This document shows positions 26,993 to 38,700 of a stretch of 64,000 bases of DNA, in pieces. The notes under the pieces are model-generated. The model was not told where the DNA came from and made no database searches. It worked only from the letters and a program-made list of their open reading frames with translations. The position numbers and the translations under genes are program-made. This DNA is from Patescibacteria group bacterium (GTDB lineage Bacteria; Patescibacteriota; Patescibacteriia; UBA10025; JAHIVO01): positions 265,295-329,294 of the forward strand of contig JBAZWB010000001.1 in NCBI GenBank assembly GCA_041660605.1. The letters run 5' to 3'. How positions within the stretch are numbered: the stretch's first letter is position 1; each line of letters opens with the position of its first letter.

Positions 26993-28435
26993 ATGCCCAA
27001 GAAGCCAAATGAAAAAGTAAATTATAAAAGCAAAGAAATGTATCAATTGCTGAGGGGGATGAAGGATATCATGCCCGAAGACCAGAATTATTGGAATTTT
27101 ATCCGCGCCCGGGTAAATTCATTTGCCCAAGCTTACAGTTTCCAGCGCATTGATTTGCCCATCCTGGAGCAGACTTCGTTATTCATCAGATCGGTTGGCG
27201 AAGATACCGATATTGTCGAAAAAGAAATGTACACTTTTCGCGATAAAAGCGATGAATCCGTGACTTTGCGTCCGGAAGGCACCGCCGGTGTTGCGAGGGC
27301 ATATATTGAACACGGTATGCTGAACAGGCCTCAGCCGGTAAAAATGTATTACCTCGGCCCTTTTTTCCGCTATGATCGGCCGCAAGCCGGCCGTTACCGC
27401 CAGTTTTATCAGTACGGTTTTGAAGTCCTTGGCGACAATCATCCTGTTATTGACGCCCAGCTGATGATGATGGCTTACTTTTTTTATTCCCAGATGAATA
27501 TACCGGTTACTTTGCAGGTCAACAGCGTCGGTGGTCCGCAATGCCGCACCCGCTACAAAAAAGCCCTGGCGGATTATTATAAGACTAGAAAAAATTCACT
27601 GTGCGAGGATTGCAAAAAAAGACTGCTGAAAAATCCTCTGAGGCTTCTGGATTGCAAAAACCCGGACTGCCAGTTATTGGCGGCTGACGCTCCGCAGCTG
27701 GTAGATTATCTCAGTGAGGAATATCATGATCATTTTGTTAAAGTGCTGGAGCATCTGGACGCTTTGGAAATATCTTATGTCTTGAATACGCGATTGGTGC
27801 GCGGCCTTGATTATTACACAGGTACGGTTTTTGAAGTTTGGCCTACCGAGGGTAATCGTATAATTCCAGGCGAGGGTGTCCCTGGTGAGGGTCCCCAGGA
27901 AGGAGCCGTTCAGAGTGAGGTCAAGCCCTCGGCTCAGAGCGCTTTGGGCGGTGGAGGCCGTTATGACCTCCTGGTAAAAACGCTCGGTGGCCCGCCAACG
28001 CCGGCTATCGGTTTTGCTGCGGGGATCGAGAGATTAGTTCTGGAAATGAAATCCAGGGGTTTCAAACTGCCGGCCGAATTGCGCCCGGATATTTTTGTGG
28101 CGCAACTGGGCGACTCGGCGCGCAAAAAAGCGCTTAAGCTTTTCGAGGAGCTGAGGCAGGCAAACTACAATGTCACTGAAAGTTTTTCTAAGGACGGCCT
28201 GAAGCAGCAGATGGAAGTGGCTAACCGCCGCCAGGCAAAATTCGCGCTGATTCTCGGGCAGAAGGAAATAATGGACAGCACGATCCTGATCAGGGATATG
28301 GAGAGCGGATTGCAGGAAACCGTTGATTTCAGCAAAGTCGTCCCGGAAATAAAAAAGCGTTTGGAAAAATACAGCGTAGTCAAAGTTATAAATAATAACC
28401 GCGGCGCTAATACGTTGGTTCCCATCAATGAATGA
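26993..28435 (+). CDS. hisS: histidine--tRNA ligase
   Basis: 480-aa class II aminoacyl-tRNA synthetase with HisRS motifs (GMKDIMPED, LRPEGTAGVARAY, GGGRYD) and a C-terminal anticodon-binding domain. It has a Gly/Pro-rich insertion. Confidence 0.9.
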   Translation: MPKKPNEKVNYKSKEMYQLLRGMKDIMPEDQNYWNFIRARVNSFAQAYSFQRIDLPILEQTSLFIRSVGEDTDIVEKEMYTFRDKSDESVTLRPEGTAGVARAYIEHGMLNRPQPVKMYYLGPFFRYDRPQAGRYRQFYQYGFEVLGDNHPVIDAQLMMMAYFFYSQMNIPVTLQVNSVGGPQCRTRYKKALADYYKTRKNSLCEDCKKRLLKNPLRLLDCKNPDCQLLAADAPQLVDYLSEEYHDHFVKVLEHLDALEISYVLNTRLVRGLDYYTGTVFEVWPTEGNRIIPGEGVPGEGPQEGAVQSEVKPSAQSALGGGGRYDLLVKTLGGPPTPAIGFAAGIERLVLEMKSRGFKLPAELRPDIFVAQLGDSARKKALKLFEELRQANYNVTESFSKDGLKQQMEVANRRQAKFALILGQKEIMDSTILIRDMESGLQETVDFSKVVPEIKKRLEKYSVVKVINNNRGANTLVPINE

Positions 28436-28769
28436 TTGTATTTTTTGCAAAATCATAAATAAAGAAATTCCCGCGACAGTCATCAATGAAACTGATGATT
28501 TTATCGTGATCAAGGATATTCAGCCAAAAGCTCCGATTCATCTGCTGATAATTACAAAAAAACACATCCAATCGCTCTCTCATTTGGAGGCAGGAGACCA
28601 GGCTTTAATGGGGAAAATGGTTGAGCAGGCAAAACAGCTGGCTGAGAAAAGCGGGCTGTTGCAGAGGGGATTCAAGCTGGTAGTGAATTGCGGCCCTGAG
28701 GGCGGACAATTAGTGCCTCATCTGCATTTTCATTTTTTAGGCGGGGAAAAGCTGGATCATTTGGCCTAA
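28428..28769 (+). CDS. HIT family (histidine triad) nucleotide hydrolase
   Basis: 113-aa ORF with the motif HLHFHFLGG and an N-terminal MNDCIFCKI. It overlaps the hisS stop by 8 nt. Confidence 0.85.
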   Translation: MNDCIFCKIINKEIPATVINETDDFIVIKDIQPKAPIHLLIITKKHIQSLSHLEAGDQALMGKMVEQAKQLAEKSGLLQRGFKLVVNCGPEGGQLVPHLHFHFLGGEKLDHLA

Positions 28770-28822
28770 TATTGGCTGAATTTGCTTACTAAGAAGTAAT
28801 TATCCATTTTTTTCTGTTTTAA

Positions 28823-28852
28823 TTGACACTTGCGGTAAATATGTGTTATATT
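28823..28852 (+). promoter_or_regulatory. sigma70-like promoter TTGACA-N17-TTATAT (TG-extended)
   Basis: TTGACA at 28823-28828, a 17-nt spacer, and tgtTATATT at about 28843-28852. It lies upstream of rpsU. Confidence 0.45.
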
Positions 28853-28903
28853 AAATTAAGAATTTAATAATTTATTCACCAAAATCAAGGAGGTGAAATT
28901 TAA

Positions 28904-29194
28904 GTGGTCGAAGTAAGAAGGAAAGAAGGAGAATCAGCAGAAAATTTAATCAGGCGCTTTACCAAGAGAGTGCAGTCAAGCGGAGTCCTATTGAGAGCCA
29001 AAAAGGGAAGATTTTATACATCCAAAAAAACAAAGCGCGAGGTGCGCGAAGTGGCAGCCAGGCGCAAATTAATCAGGGATAAGAAAGAGTACCTGAGAAA
29101 AATCGGAAAACTTGAAGAATTTATTGATCCGCGCAAGCCAAACAAGCGCGGTACTATAAAAAAACTATTGCAAGCGAAAATAAGAATGAACTAA
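28904..29194 (+). CDS. rpsU: 30S ribosomal protein S21 (C-terminally extended)
   Basis: GTG start 8 nt after AAGGAGGTGA. The S21-like core is VEVRRKEGESAENLIRRFTKRVQSSGVLLRAKKGRFYTSKKTKREVREVAARRK, followed by a Lys/Arg-rich tail. Confidence 0.75.
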   Translation: MVEVRRKEGESAENLIRRFTKRVQSSGVLLRAKKGRFYTSKKTKREVREVAARRKLIRDKKEYLRKIGKLEEFIDPRKPNKRGTIKKLLQAKIRMN

Positions 29195-29216
29195 TAAATT
29201 CGCCGGACTAAACTTC

Positions 29217-29672
29217 ATGAGCGTTACTGAAGACATTGAAAAGAATATTAAAAAAGCCATGGTGGCTCATGACGAGCTGACTCTGTCTGTTTTACGGATG
29301 GCGAAAACCGCCATACATAATAAGGCGATCGCTCTGAAGAAAAAAGAATTGACTGAGGAAGAAGTGAAGAAAATTCTTTTGACTGAGGCGAAAAAGCATC
29401 ACGATTCCATCGCCGCCTTTGAGCAGGGCGGCCGGCAGGAACTGGCAGACAAGGAAAAAAAGGAGCTCAAAGTATTGGAGGAATATCTACCGCAGCAGCT
29501 GGATGAAGAGGAGACCAAAAAAATTGTTCAGCAGGTAATCGAAGGTTTGGATGACGCGCAGAAGAATTTCGGCACGGCCATGAAAATGTGCATGGCGGAG
29601 CTGAAAGGCCAGGCGGACGGCCAACTGGTATCGCGACTCGTTAAAAACGCGTTAGCGCCATCCGCCGAATAA
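29217..29672 (+). CDS. GatB/YqeY domain-containing protein
   Basis: 151-aa helical protein with motifs typical of the YqeY family (TLSVLRMAKTAIHNKAI, HDSIAAFEQGGRQELADKEKKE). Confidence 0.8.
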   Translation: MSVTEDIEKNIKKAMVAHDELTLSVLRMAKTAIHNKAIALKKKELTEEEVKKILLTEAKKHHDSIAAFEQGGRQELADKEKKELKVLEEYLPQQLDEEETKKIVQQVIEGLDDAQKNFGTAMKMCMAELKGQADGQLVSRLVKNALAPSAE

Positions 29673-29718
29673 GCAAGGATAGTTTTACTTATCATATTGC
29701 TTTTCAATATCTCATTCC

Positions 29719-32700
29719 ATGGGAGGCAGAAATAAAAATAAATTCATTACGGGGGCGGTTGTAGGATTAATTTTCAGCTTAGCGCTGATAGCTATGGCTG
29801 TTTTTGTCCTGCCAAATGCCGTCTCCGCCCAGGCGACTATTAACAGCGAGCTAGGGACGACTTTTGGTTTGGGCACGGCGGGCCTGGAATCGACAGTAAT
29901 AAAGATCGTCCAGTGGGCGCTCGGCTTCCTCGGGCTGATAGCGGTGATCATGATCATCTACGGCGGCGTGGTTTGGATGACCGCGGCCGGCAACACTGAT
30001 AAGGTAGCTAAGGCCAAGAAAATAATCATCCGCGCGGTGATCGGGCTGGTGATTGTTCTCTTAGCCTGGGCGATCGTCATGTTTATCGTTGACAGGATAA
30101 ATAAAGCCACCGGTGGCGGCGGAGATTTTTGCGATCCTCATTATTTTGGACCAAATTGGCCGGCTGACGCGGAGGTACGCTCGGACGGCTGTGCCTATTG
30201 CAATGAAAGCGGTACCGGCTGGATAGTTATCCCTGGCTGCGTCACTTTGCCGGATACCGACACTTTCCGCGTCAAATGGGTGGATCCGACTGACGGCGAA
30301 CATGACGTGCCTTTGTGCAGCATCGTGCAGGCCAAGTTGAACGGTAAAGTTGTGCCCGCTTCCATCGCTGGTAATGTTGGGCTGTATGTTAACGGTGCCA
30401 CGGCTAAAGGTGGCGATGCGTGTCTTGCCAACAATGAATGCATGTCTGGCGTTTGCGATATTGGCGGCACTAACCAGTGCGTGGGCGATGAAGTCGCCGG
30501 CAACTGGCAGGTTTCACCTGACCAGACAATCATAGAATTTTTACCGGCTACCGATTATCTGGAGAATCAGTGGTACCGGGCGGAATTGAGGAGAAATACC
30601 CCAGGGAATCCGGTTATTATCCAGGAAGACGCCGCTGATCCGCGTGATTTCGTAACTAAAATATGGATGTTTACTACCGGCATTACGACTTTGGATGTGC
30701 CTCCGACCGTGACTACAATATATCCAGCTGATGGTGAAGATAAAATTTGTTTGAACACCGCCATCCAGTCAATATTTTCCAGTAAAATGCGGGCCGCTTC
30801 AATGAACGCCAGTACTATAAAATTGGCTGAGGCCGGGACAGGAGATTACGGAATTAACATTAACGATCATACAAGTAATTCTTTTTCCGGCCGTCCGGCC
30901 AAACTTTTAAACGCCGGTAAAGAGTATAATGTTACTTTAACTGCCGGAGACCCCGGGAATAATGATCCGAATAACGGTGTTATGGACGTTTGTCTGAATC
31001 ATCTTGATGGCGATGCGGATACTGTTGAAGAAGGCACGGCCGGTGGCGATAATTTCCTTGAAACGGTACCGCCAAGCTCCAATCCCACCTTTACGGATGC
31101 GCCCTGGAATTTCTTAGCTGATACTGACACTACCAATGATAAATGCATACCGGAAATAACCGACATTGTGCCGGCTAATGGCAAATATGATAGCACCGCG
31201 GTAGATATACAGGGCGTGAATTTTGGTATTATTGGTTTCACCTATTTTAATAAAGGAGTAATTAATGCAGGGAATTGTTTTGACGGGGGGGGATGGCCTA
31301 GATTAGAATGCGTCAACAGCTGGTCGGGCAATAATATAAACATTCACGTGCCTGGCGGTCCGATCAACGGCGGCCAGAAAGCAGTGCCGTATAACGGCGC
31401 GGCCGATGGGCCGGTATCCGTGGAAGTGGCTGGCAAAACCAGCAACAATTGGACTTTTGACGTAGCCAGCCCGCAAATATTAAAAGCCATCGGCTTTAAA
31501 AACAATCGCCACGGCGGTACTGACCAGTATGTTACCCTGATCAGCCGTTCTGATACTGACGGTGGTTTCGGTGATAATACAGGTACGGTGGTTTTCCGGA
31601 GTTTTCAGCCTCCCTACAATGTGGTTACTGCGCCTTTCCCTCCTGATCCGCCTTGTGACGCCTCCTGGGCTAATGACCAGGTGATTATTAAAGTACCTGA
31701 TCTGACAGCCACGCTAGGCGTTCCCGCTTGCCCGGTGGCCGGACCCGCTGACTGGGTAAGTTGCCTGAATACTCCTTCCATGGTGGGTATTCAGCTTATC
31801 AGGAACGGAGGTGATCGTAGCAATATAGTTAATTTTGTCTATACTAATGAAGAAGCCGGTCCGGGTTTGTGCGCCATTCAGCCGCAGCAATGCGGTACGG
31901 GCGGTGAGACCGTAACTGCGGTGGGCCAGAAATTTCTTGCTCAGACTCCTGCGAGCCGAGTGCATTTTTCCGCCATCCAAGCAGTAATAAATAGCTGGAC
32001 ATTGAACCTGGTGACCGGAGACAGCGCGCAGGTTACTGTGCCAAGCCTTGATAACGCTGAAGATTATCTGGTGACGGTTTCAAATTCCGTTGGCACAAGT
32101 AACCCCTTGCTCTTTGACGTACCGTGCGGCCTGATACCAAAAGTGGTGGAAGATTCCTCCTGCGAAAATTATTGCCAGCTTGATCCTACCCTTAAGGGCT
32201 GTACTGAAGACATAGACTGCGGCGTTTCCGGTCCCTGCGTCACCGGCATTTCCTCGCCAAATCCGTATAAAGGCAATACTGACGTCTGCGTCAATGTTAA
32301 CGCCGCGGCGTCTTTTAATACTCTGATGGACGACGCCATGCTGACTGACGGCAATCTGGTCTATCTGCAGAAATGCAATGATGATAATTGCTCGGATGTG
32401 GATCCGGCCAAGGTGGCAGGCGCTTTGTCGGTATTTATCATTGACCCCACTCACGAAGGCGTTGAGTTCAATCCGGCTGTTAACCTTGATCCCTCAACAA
32501 CATACCAGATGACTATCCAGAAAGAAGTGCAGAGCGAGGCTGGCGCGCACATGAATAATGATTACAAGTGGCATTTCAAAACTAAAGACAGCATTGAACC
32601 CTGCCCGGTGGAGAAAGTGGTAGTTGCTCCGAACAGCGCGATTTTATATAATCTTGGAGACACTCAGAATTATTCCAGCTTAGCCCAAGGTCCGAACTGC

Positions 32701-35700
32701 ACCATCTTAGATCCCAACGACTATACCTGGGCCTGGACTTCGGAGGATTTTGGAATTGCCAGTGTTCCGGTGCCCAGCAGCATAACGCGAAATGAAATCG
32801 CCACCGCTACCGGCCTAGGCACTACTTATATAAAGGCCAGCATTCCCGCGGAAAGCAAGAGCGGCCGGGGCAGGCTGAAAGTTGATCCGGAATCCTGCGC
32901 TTTTAATCCTGATCCTGGTTACTGTGCTAACCCCGGTGGCGGTGTAACCTGTCCAGGCAGCTGGTGCGATTTACTGGCTGACAAATGCATGCCGGTGATT
33001 ACTGAGCGATCCATACCGCCGGATATACCGCCGAAGGAAATCACTCCACCCCAGGGACCAGCGGGCACTACGGTTTCTATTGAAGGCTGCTGGTTTGGCA
33101 GTAAAACCGGTCAGGTGATTATTGACCAGGCAGCAACTTTTGAATGCAGTAATTCCTGGTCAAGTAATTTGATCGTGGCGACTACTGATCCCTTAATTCC
33201 TACTGGTAATAAGCCGGTGGAAGTATTGACAGCTTACGGCCGATGCAACGGCGGCGACAGAGACGGCCGGTTATGCACGGTGGTAGGAGAATGTCCCGGA
33301 GCCGCGTCATGCGATAAATTTTCCAATATGATTGACAGCGGTCAAAGCGGAGCGCTTAGTAAAAATTTTAATGTTACTGACAGATGTTCCGGATATTGCG
33401 ATCCTAACATCAGCCCGGCGGAATTTGCCAATGCTCCTTGCGTTGATGATAGTAATTGCGATAATGTCCCCCTCAGCTGCAAGAAAGTGCTTCCGACCGG
33501 CGGCATACCGGGTATTTGCCCGCCTTTACAGCCGTCTGCGGGACCGGAGCTGACGCATGTATATATTGAAGGCTTTAATCTTTTGCCTGATAACGCGCAG
33601 ACTGTAGATGATTTGGTTTATTATCCACGAGGTAAGTCAGACACTCGTGATGATATAATTTTTTCATATTTGGAAAAATGGACCGGTACGGCTATCGATA
33701 GAAGCCGTGTGCCGGTTGGCGCGGAATCCGGCGCGGTTAACGTGCTGGTGGACAACTGCCCCTCAAATTCTCTGCCTTATGCCGTGACCTGCACTAACAA
33801 CATCCAGTGCGGTACGGGCTGCTGCGCTGATCCCGGCACGGGCCAGAAGATGTGCCTGCCTTTTGATCCATATTGTCTGTCTGGTACCATGCAGCCATGC
33901 CAGATAGAAGAAAATACCGACACTCCGGAATCTCCCGAAAATCCCAACTGCACTTCCGGCCAGATCTGGAATCCGGGTAATTATATGTGTATCAGTACCA
34001 CAGGCGATACTTCTCATGAATTTCCGGCACCGCCAGAAGATGCCACGCATCTATTCGGTACCGACTGCCGCGTGTGCTGCGACGCCAATCCGCCGCAGGT
34101 GTCAGCTTCAGGCTTGACCTGCCGCGCGGACAAAGGCGACTGCAGCGGCACCGAGCGCGGATTGTATTGCGGCTGTGACCCTGCAATTCCCGGCCAATGC
34201 GGAGCGGGCTTCGGCTGCAGCGCCAAAGACACCTGCTGCTATCCGGAACCCGTCATTGATCATGTCATACCTGATCCGTTAGCGGGCAATCTGCTCTGCA
34301 CCAACGTGGTTATCCGGTATTACTTCAATGAAGTCATGGATACGGAGACCATGAATACCGCCAATATTATAGTAACTGATGGCACAGATCCAATCGCCGG
34401 AAAAATAGATATCCATAAAAATAAAAAGGGTTTTGGTTTTGTCGCGGATAAACCGTACACACCCGGCCAGCAGGTGCATATCGAGGTAACGACCAATGTC
34501 AAGAATAAATACGGCGTGGGCATGGCGGGTTCTGATTCCAGGATTTGGACTATTGATCCGGCCGCGTCCCTCTGCGCCATTAACCAGATTGATTTTACGA
34601 TCATTACCACCGGCGCGCCGCCGACTTATGATCCGCCGGACGTGTTTCGCTGCGCCACGGATAATTGCAGCGGAGACATGGATCCCGCGCCGGGTACGGG
34701 CAACGAGCATGGCATCACGGCCTATGCCTATGATAAAAGAGGCCTGGAAGTGGCAGCTACCTATCAGTGGCAAGAAGAAGATGACGCGAATGTTATTGCC
34801 ATTGACCAATTGGCCGTAGGCACTGATAACGCTATCACCGCGCAACCCAATAATGGCAAAGCTAACATAGTAGTGACGGCTACCGAGCAGTACGTTGGCG
34901 ATTCGAAACTAACCGATAAGGCCAGAGTCAGCGTGATGCTGTGCGAAAAACCCTGGCCCAATCCGTATGCGCCGGAAATGGATCAGTTTCCTTTTGAGGA
35001 TTCTGACCGCAATCCGCCGGCTACCTGGAAACCGGACACCATTTTCCATACAAATAATTTTATTGCTAATTACAGCATCTGGTATTGCCGCGATTCCGGC
35101 AATCCGCCTTTATTAGAGCGCACTGATCAGGTAACAGTCCGTGACGGCTCGCCGACGGATCCGGACATAGTCAAGGAATACTTTTTCCTCAGGCCTGGCA
35201 CCAGTACGGACGGCATCGGCATTATTGTCGCCGACAATCCTGATAATAAATCTCCGGAGCAATGGTATCGGGATAAATTCGGCGCGGCCGCACCAGCGCC
35301 CCAGAGTCTGACAGTGGACGGCTATCCGGCGGTCAGAGCCGGCCGTACCGTTTATGTCGGCGTGCCGAACCTGGTAGGCGGAGCATTCCATCAATATATA
35401 TATTTATTATCTCATGACCAGGAGGCTTCAGATGAAACGCTGGATATCTACAACCGCCTGCTGGCCAATTGGGAGTTTAATGTTAATGTTGATCCGGCAC
35501 AAAAGGCAGCTTTGCAGCGCGATTTGCAGAGAATCAATAGCTTGGAGGAAATTTACGGCAAAATGCTGGCTTATAAGAATAAAAATGGCTTTTTCCCCAA
35601 ACTTGAAGGCGGTTCGTATATCCAGCATTTGTCCAATTCCAAATGGCCTTCCTGGCAGGAGACGCTGGGGTCCAGCATTAACAGTCTGGGCTTTATACCG

Positions 35701-38700
35701 CATCAGGCGCCGTTCCTGGAAAAACTACGCGGTTTATTTGTTAAAAACGCGGTCGCCCAATCCGGCCTGGCCGTTGATCCGTTGAATAAATTTGATTTGC
35801 CCGACCCCTCGCTGCCCCCGCAGTGCCTGGAGGACAACGGATTTAACCAGGATACCTGCTGGAATGAAACAAAACATTTGTATGAATGTCCGGCCAATTC
35901 AAATATTTACCAATATATGGTGGATGCCAATGGCGACAATGCCGCGCTCTATGCCCGGATGGAATACAGCGGTGCCGATAGTTTTGCAAATTATTTTGGG
36001 GGCGATCCTTGTACCGGCATAACCGGCGCCACCTGCAACTGCTTTAATTATGTATTGGGCGTAACCGGCAATCTGGCTGATCACGAAGGTCCGGAAATCC
36101 AGGGGGTGGACGCCTTGGGGGCCGGTGTGAACTGGATCAGCAGCACCCGGCCACTGGGCGTGTTAGTCGTTGACAAGCCAGACCTTAATCCCAGCGGCGT
36201 CAACCGGGTGGAATTTTTCGTTGACGGCATTAGGAAATTCACGGACAGCGACGGCACTGGTCCGGGCTGGTCCTGGGATTTCGTTTCCACGCAGTATGCC
36301 GACGGCGACCATAAGATTTCTGTGACTGCCTACGATAATGTTGGTAACTGGACCACGAAAAATTATGACATTAAAATCGACAATTCCAGCGGAGCGGATA
36401 CTACCGATCCCTTCATCGCCATCGCCCGGCCGGGAAACGGCGCTTCGGTCAGCGGCAAAGTCATCATTGAAGCGCAGGCCAGCGATAACCAGGTGCTGGC
36501 GCAGGTGCAGATTTCAGTTGAGGGCGCTTCGGCTAACTGGGTCTGTCCTGGCGGCGGTTCAAGCATGACCTGTACGACAGCCATCCCGAATCACTGGAAC
36601 ACCGCAGCACTTGACGCTGATGGCAAATATATCTATCCCAATGGCGAATATACCATCAACGCCACGGCCACAGACGCAGCCGGCAACAGCCGCACTGCCA
36701 GCATAAAAGTGAAAGTAGCCAACAGCGATTATACCGCACCATCCGTTGTTTTGACCGCGATATATAACGGCGGTCCGGATCATTGGAATAATGGAGATGT
36801 CATACCTGGCGCTATTGCGTACGCCCAGGGTCCGGGCGAGGTGTGGGTCTGGGTGATACCTACTGACGACCAGGGGGCTGACCAGTTCTACAAGCCCGGT
36901 CGCGTGAAATTCTACGTTGATGGCATCTATCGCGCTGACGGGTCAAATGATAATGGCGACCAGGTGTGGGAATGGGCGCCATGGAACACCCTGGAATACT
37001 CCAACGGACTGCATGAACTGACCGTCTATGTTTATGACGACGCGGGCAATATGGCCAGCGATACCTGGTATATTACGCTGAATAACGCTCAGTCAGACAT
37101 GGAACCGCCGGTAGTTAATTTTAGAAATGCCAAATCCAATCCAACAGGGAGAACGCTTTTAAATGGCCAGCCAGCTACGCAAATCATATATATTGATGCC
37201 AGCGCTTCAGATAATATCGGCGTTACAAAAGTTTATTTTTATCGCGATTATATATTGCGATCCGAGGTCATTGTTCCGGATCCAATGACAGGCTACTCCT
37301 GGATGGTTGATACTAATGCAATTTCGCCGGGTTGGCATACTTTTCAGGTGGACGCGGAAGACGCGGCGGGAAACCGCAGCGACGCCATTGAGATACGCCT
37401 GAATATCGGCGGCGGCGGCGCTCCAATTTGCGGCGACGGCATCATTACCAACTTTACTGTTCCGCCGGAACAGTGCGAGCTGATCGGCTACACCCCGCCG
37501 CCTGATAATCAGCCTATTTACAGCATGAACGGCGAGACCTGTAAAACATTGGGCTATGGCTGCGGCACCCTGGGATGCAATCCGCCCCTCTCCGCTAATG
37601 AGTGCCAGTTTGATGTTAGCCAATGCAAAAACTCCGTTTGCGGTGACGGTAAGATCGAGTGCGGCGAAACCTGTGAAAGTGTATCGGACTGCCCGGCCGC
37701 GCCTAATGCTTGTTCTACTATTAATTGCAATAGTTGCGACTGCTCTTACGATCAGAATTGCACCAACGCGCCGGGGTGCGAGCCTGGTACCCTTACCTGG
37801 TGCGCCAACTGCAACCACTGCAACAATAAGATCAAGGATTGCGATGAAACAACCACGGATTGTGGCGGCGCCATGTGCCCGACCTGCGGATGCACGCCAG
37901 GAAACCAGCGATGTACAGTAACCTCACAGACGCAGGTCTGCAATAACCTCGGCGTCTGGGTAAATGAAGCGCAAACCCTGCCTACCTGTACTGCCCCGCC
38001 TAGTTATCCTTTCTGGCAGGGCGATTGTAATTTGGGCTCAACATCAGGTTGCTATTCTGGCACTGTTTGTAAAACCTCGGGAGCTACCGATGCTCACTGC
38101 GAAAGTAATCAGGCCATACAATGTACTGCAGCCTGCCAGACTGGTTGGTCACTGGCTTATAACCAGTGTTGCGTCACCCAGCGATGTAATACCGGCCCAC
38201 CTCTACACACGGAGAAATTTGTAAGCGGTTCCTGGGTTGATGAACCCCAGGGTACACCAATTTGCAGTATGGCCAATGGGGCCAATTGGGATGGAAATTG
38301 TGTTATGGGTAATAGCTGCTACAACACTACAATCGGTTGTATGATGACTGGCGGCGGAACAGATGCTAAGTGCGTGAATACAAGCGTCAACCCATTCCAA
38401 TGCGTGGCCGCTTGCCAGAGTTCATTTCTAGCCGCGTATAACCAATGCTGCGCCGTATGCGTTGACGGCACAAAGCAGGATTGCGGCGCTACGAATACTG
38501 ATGTTGGCGAATGCAATATCGGCGAGCAGACCTGCGTCAGCGGCGCCTGGGGACCCTGTACCGGCGAAATTCCTTCGTCGCCGGAAATTTGCACTGGCGG
38601 CAAGGATGAGGACTGCGACGGCGCTATTGATGCTGCGGATACGGATTGCGCCATGCAGTGCAATCAAGCCTGCAACCCGCCCAGTATAAATTGCGCCAGC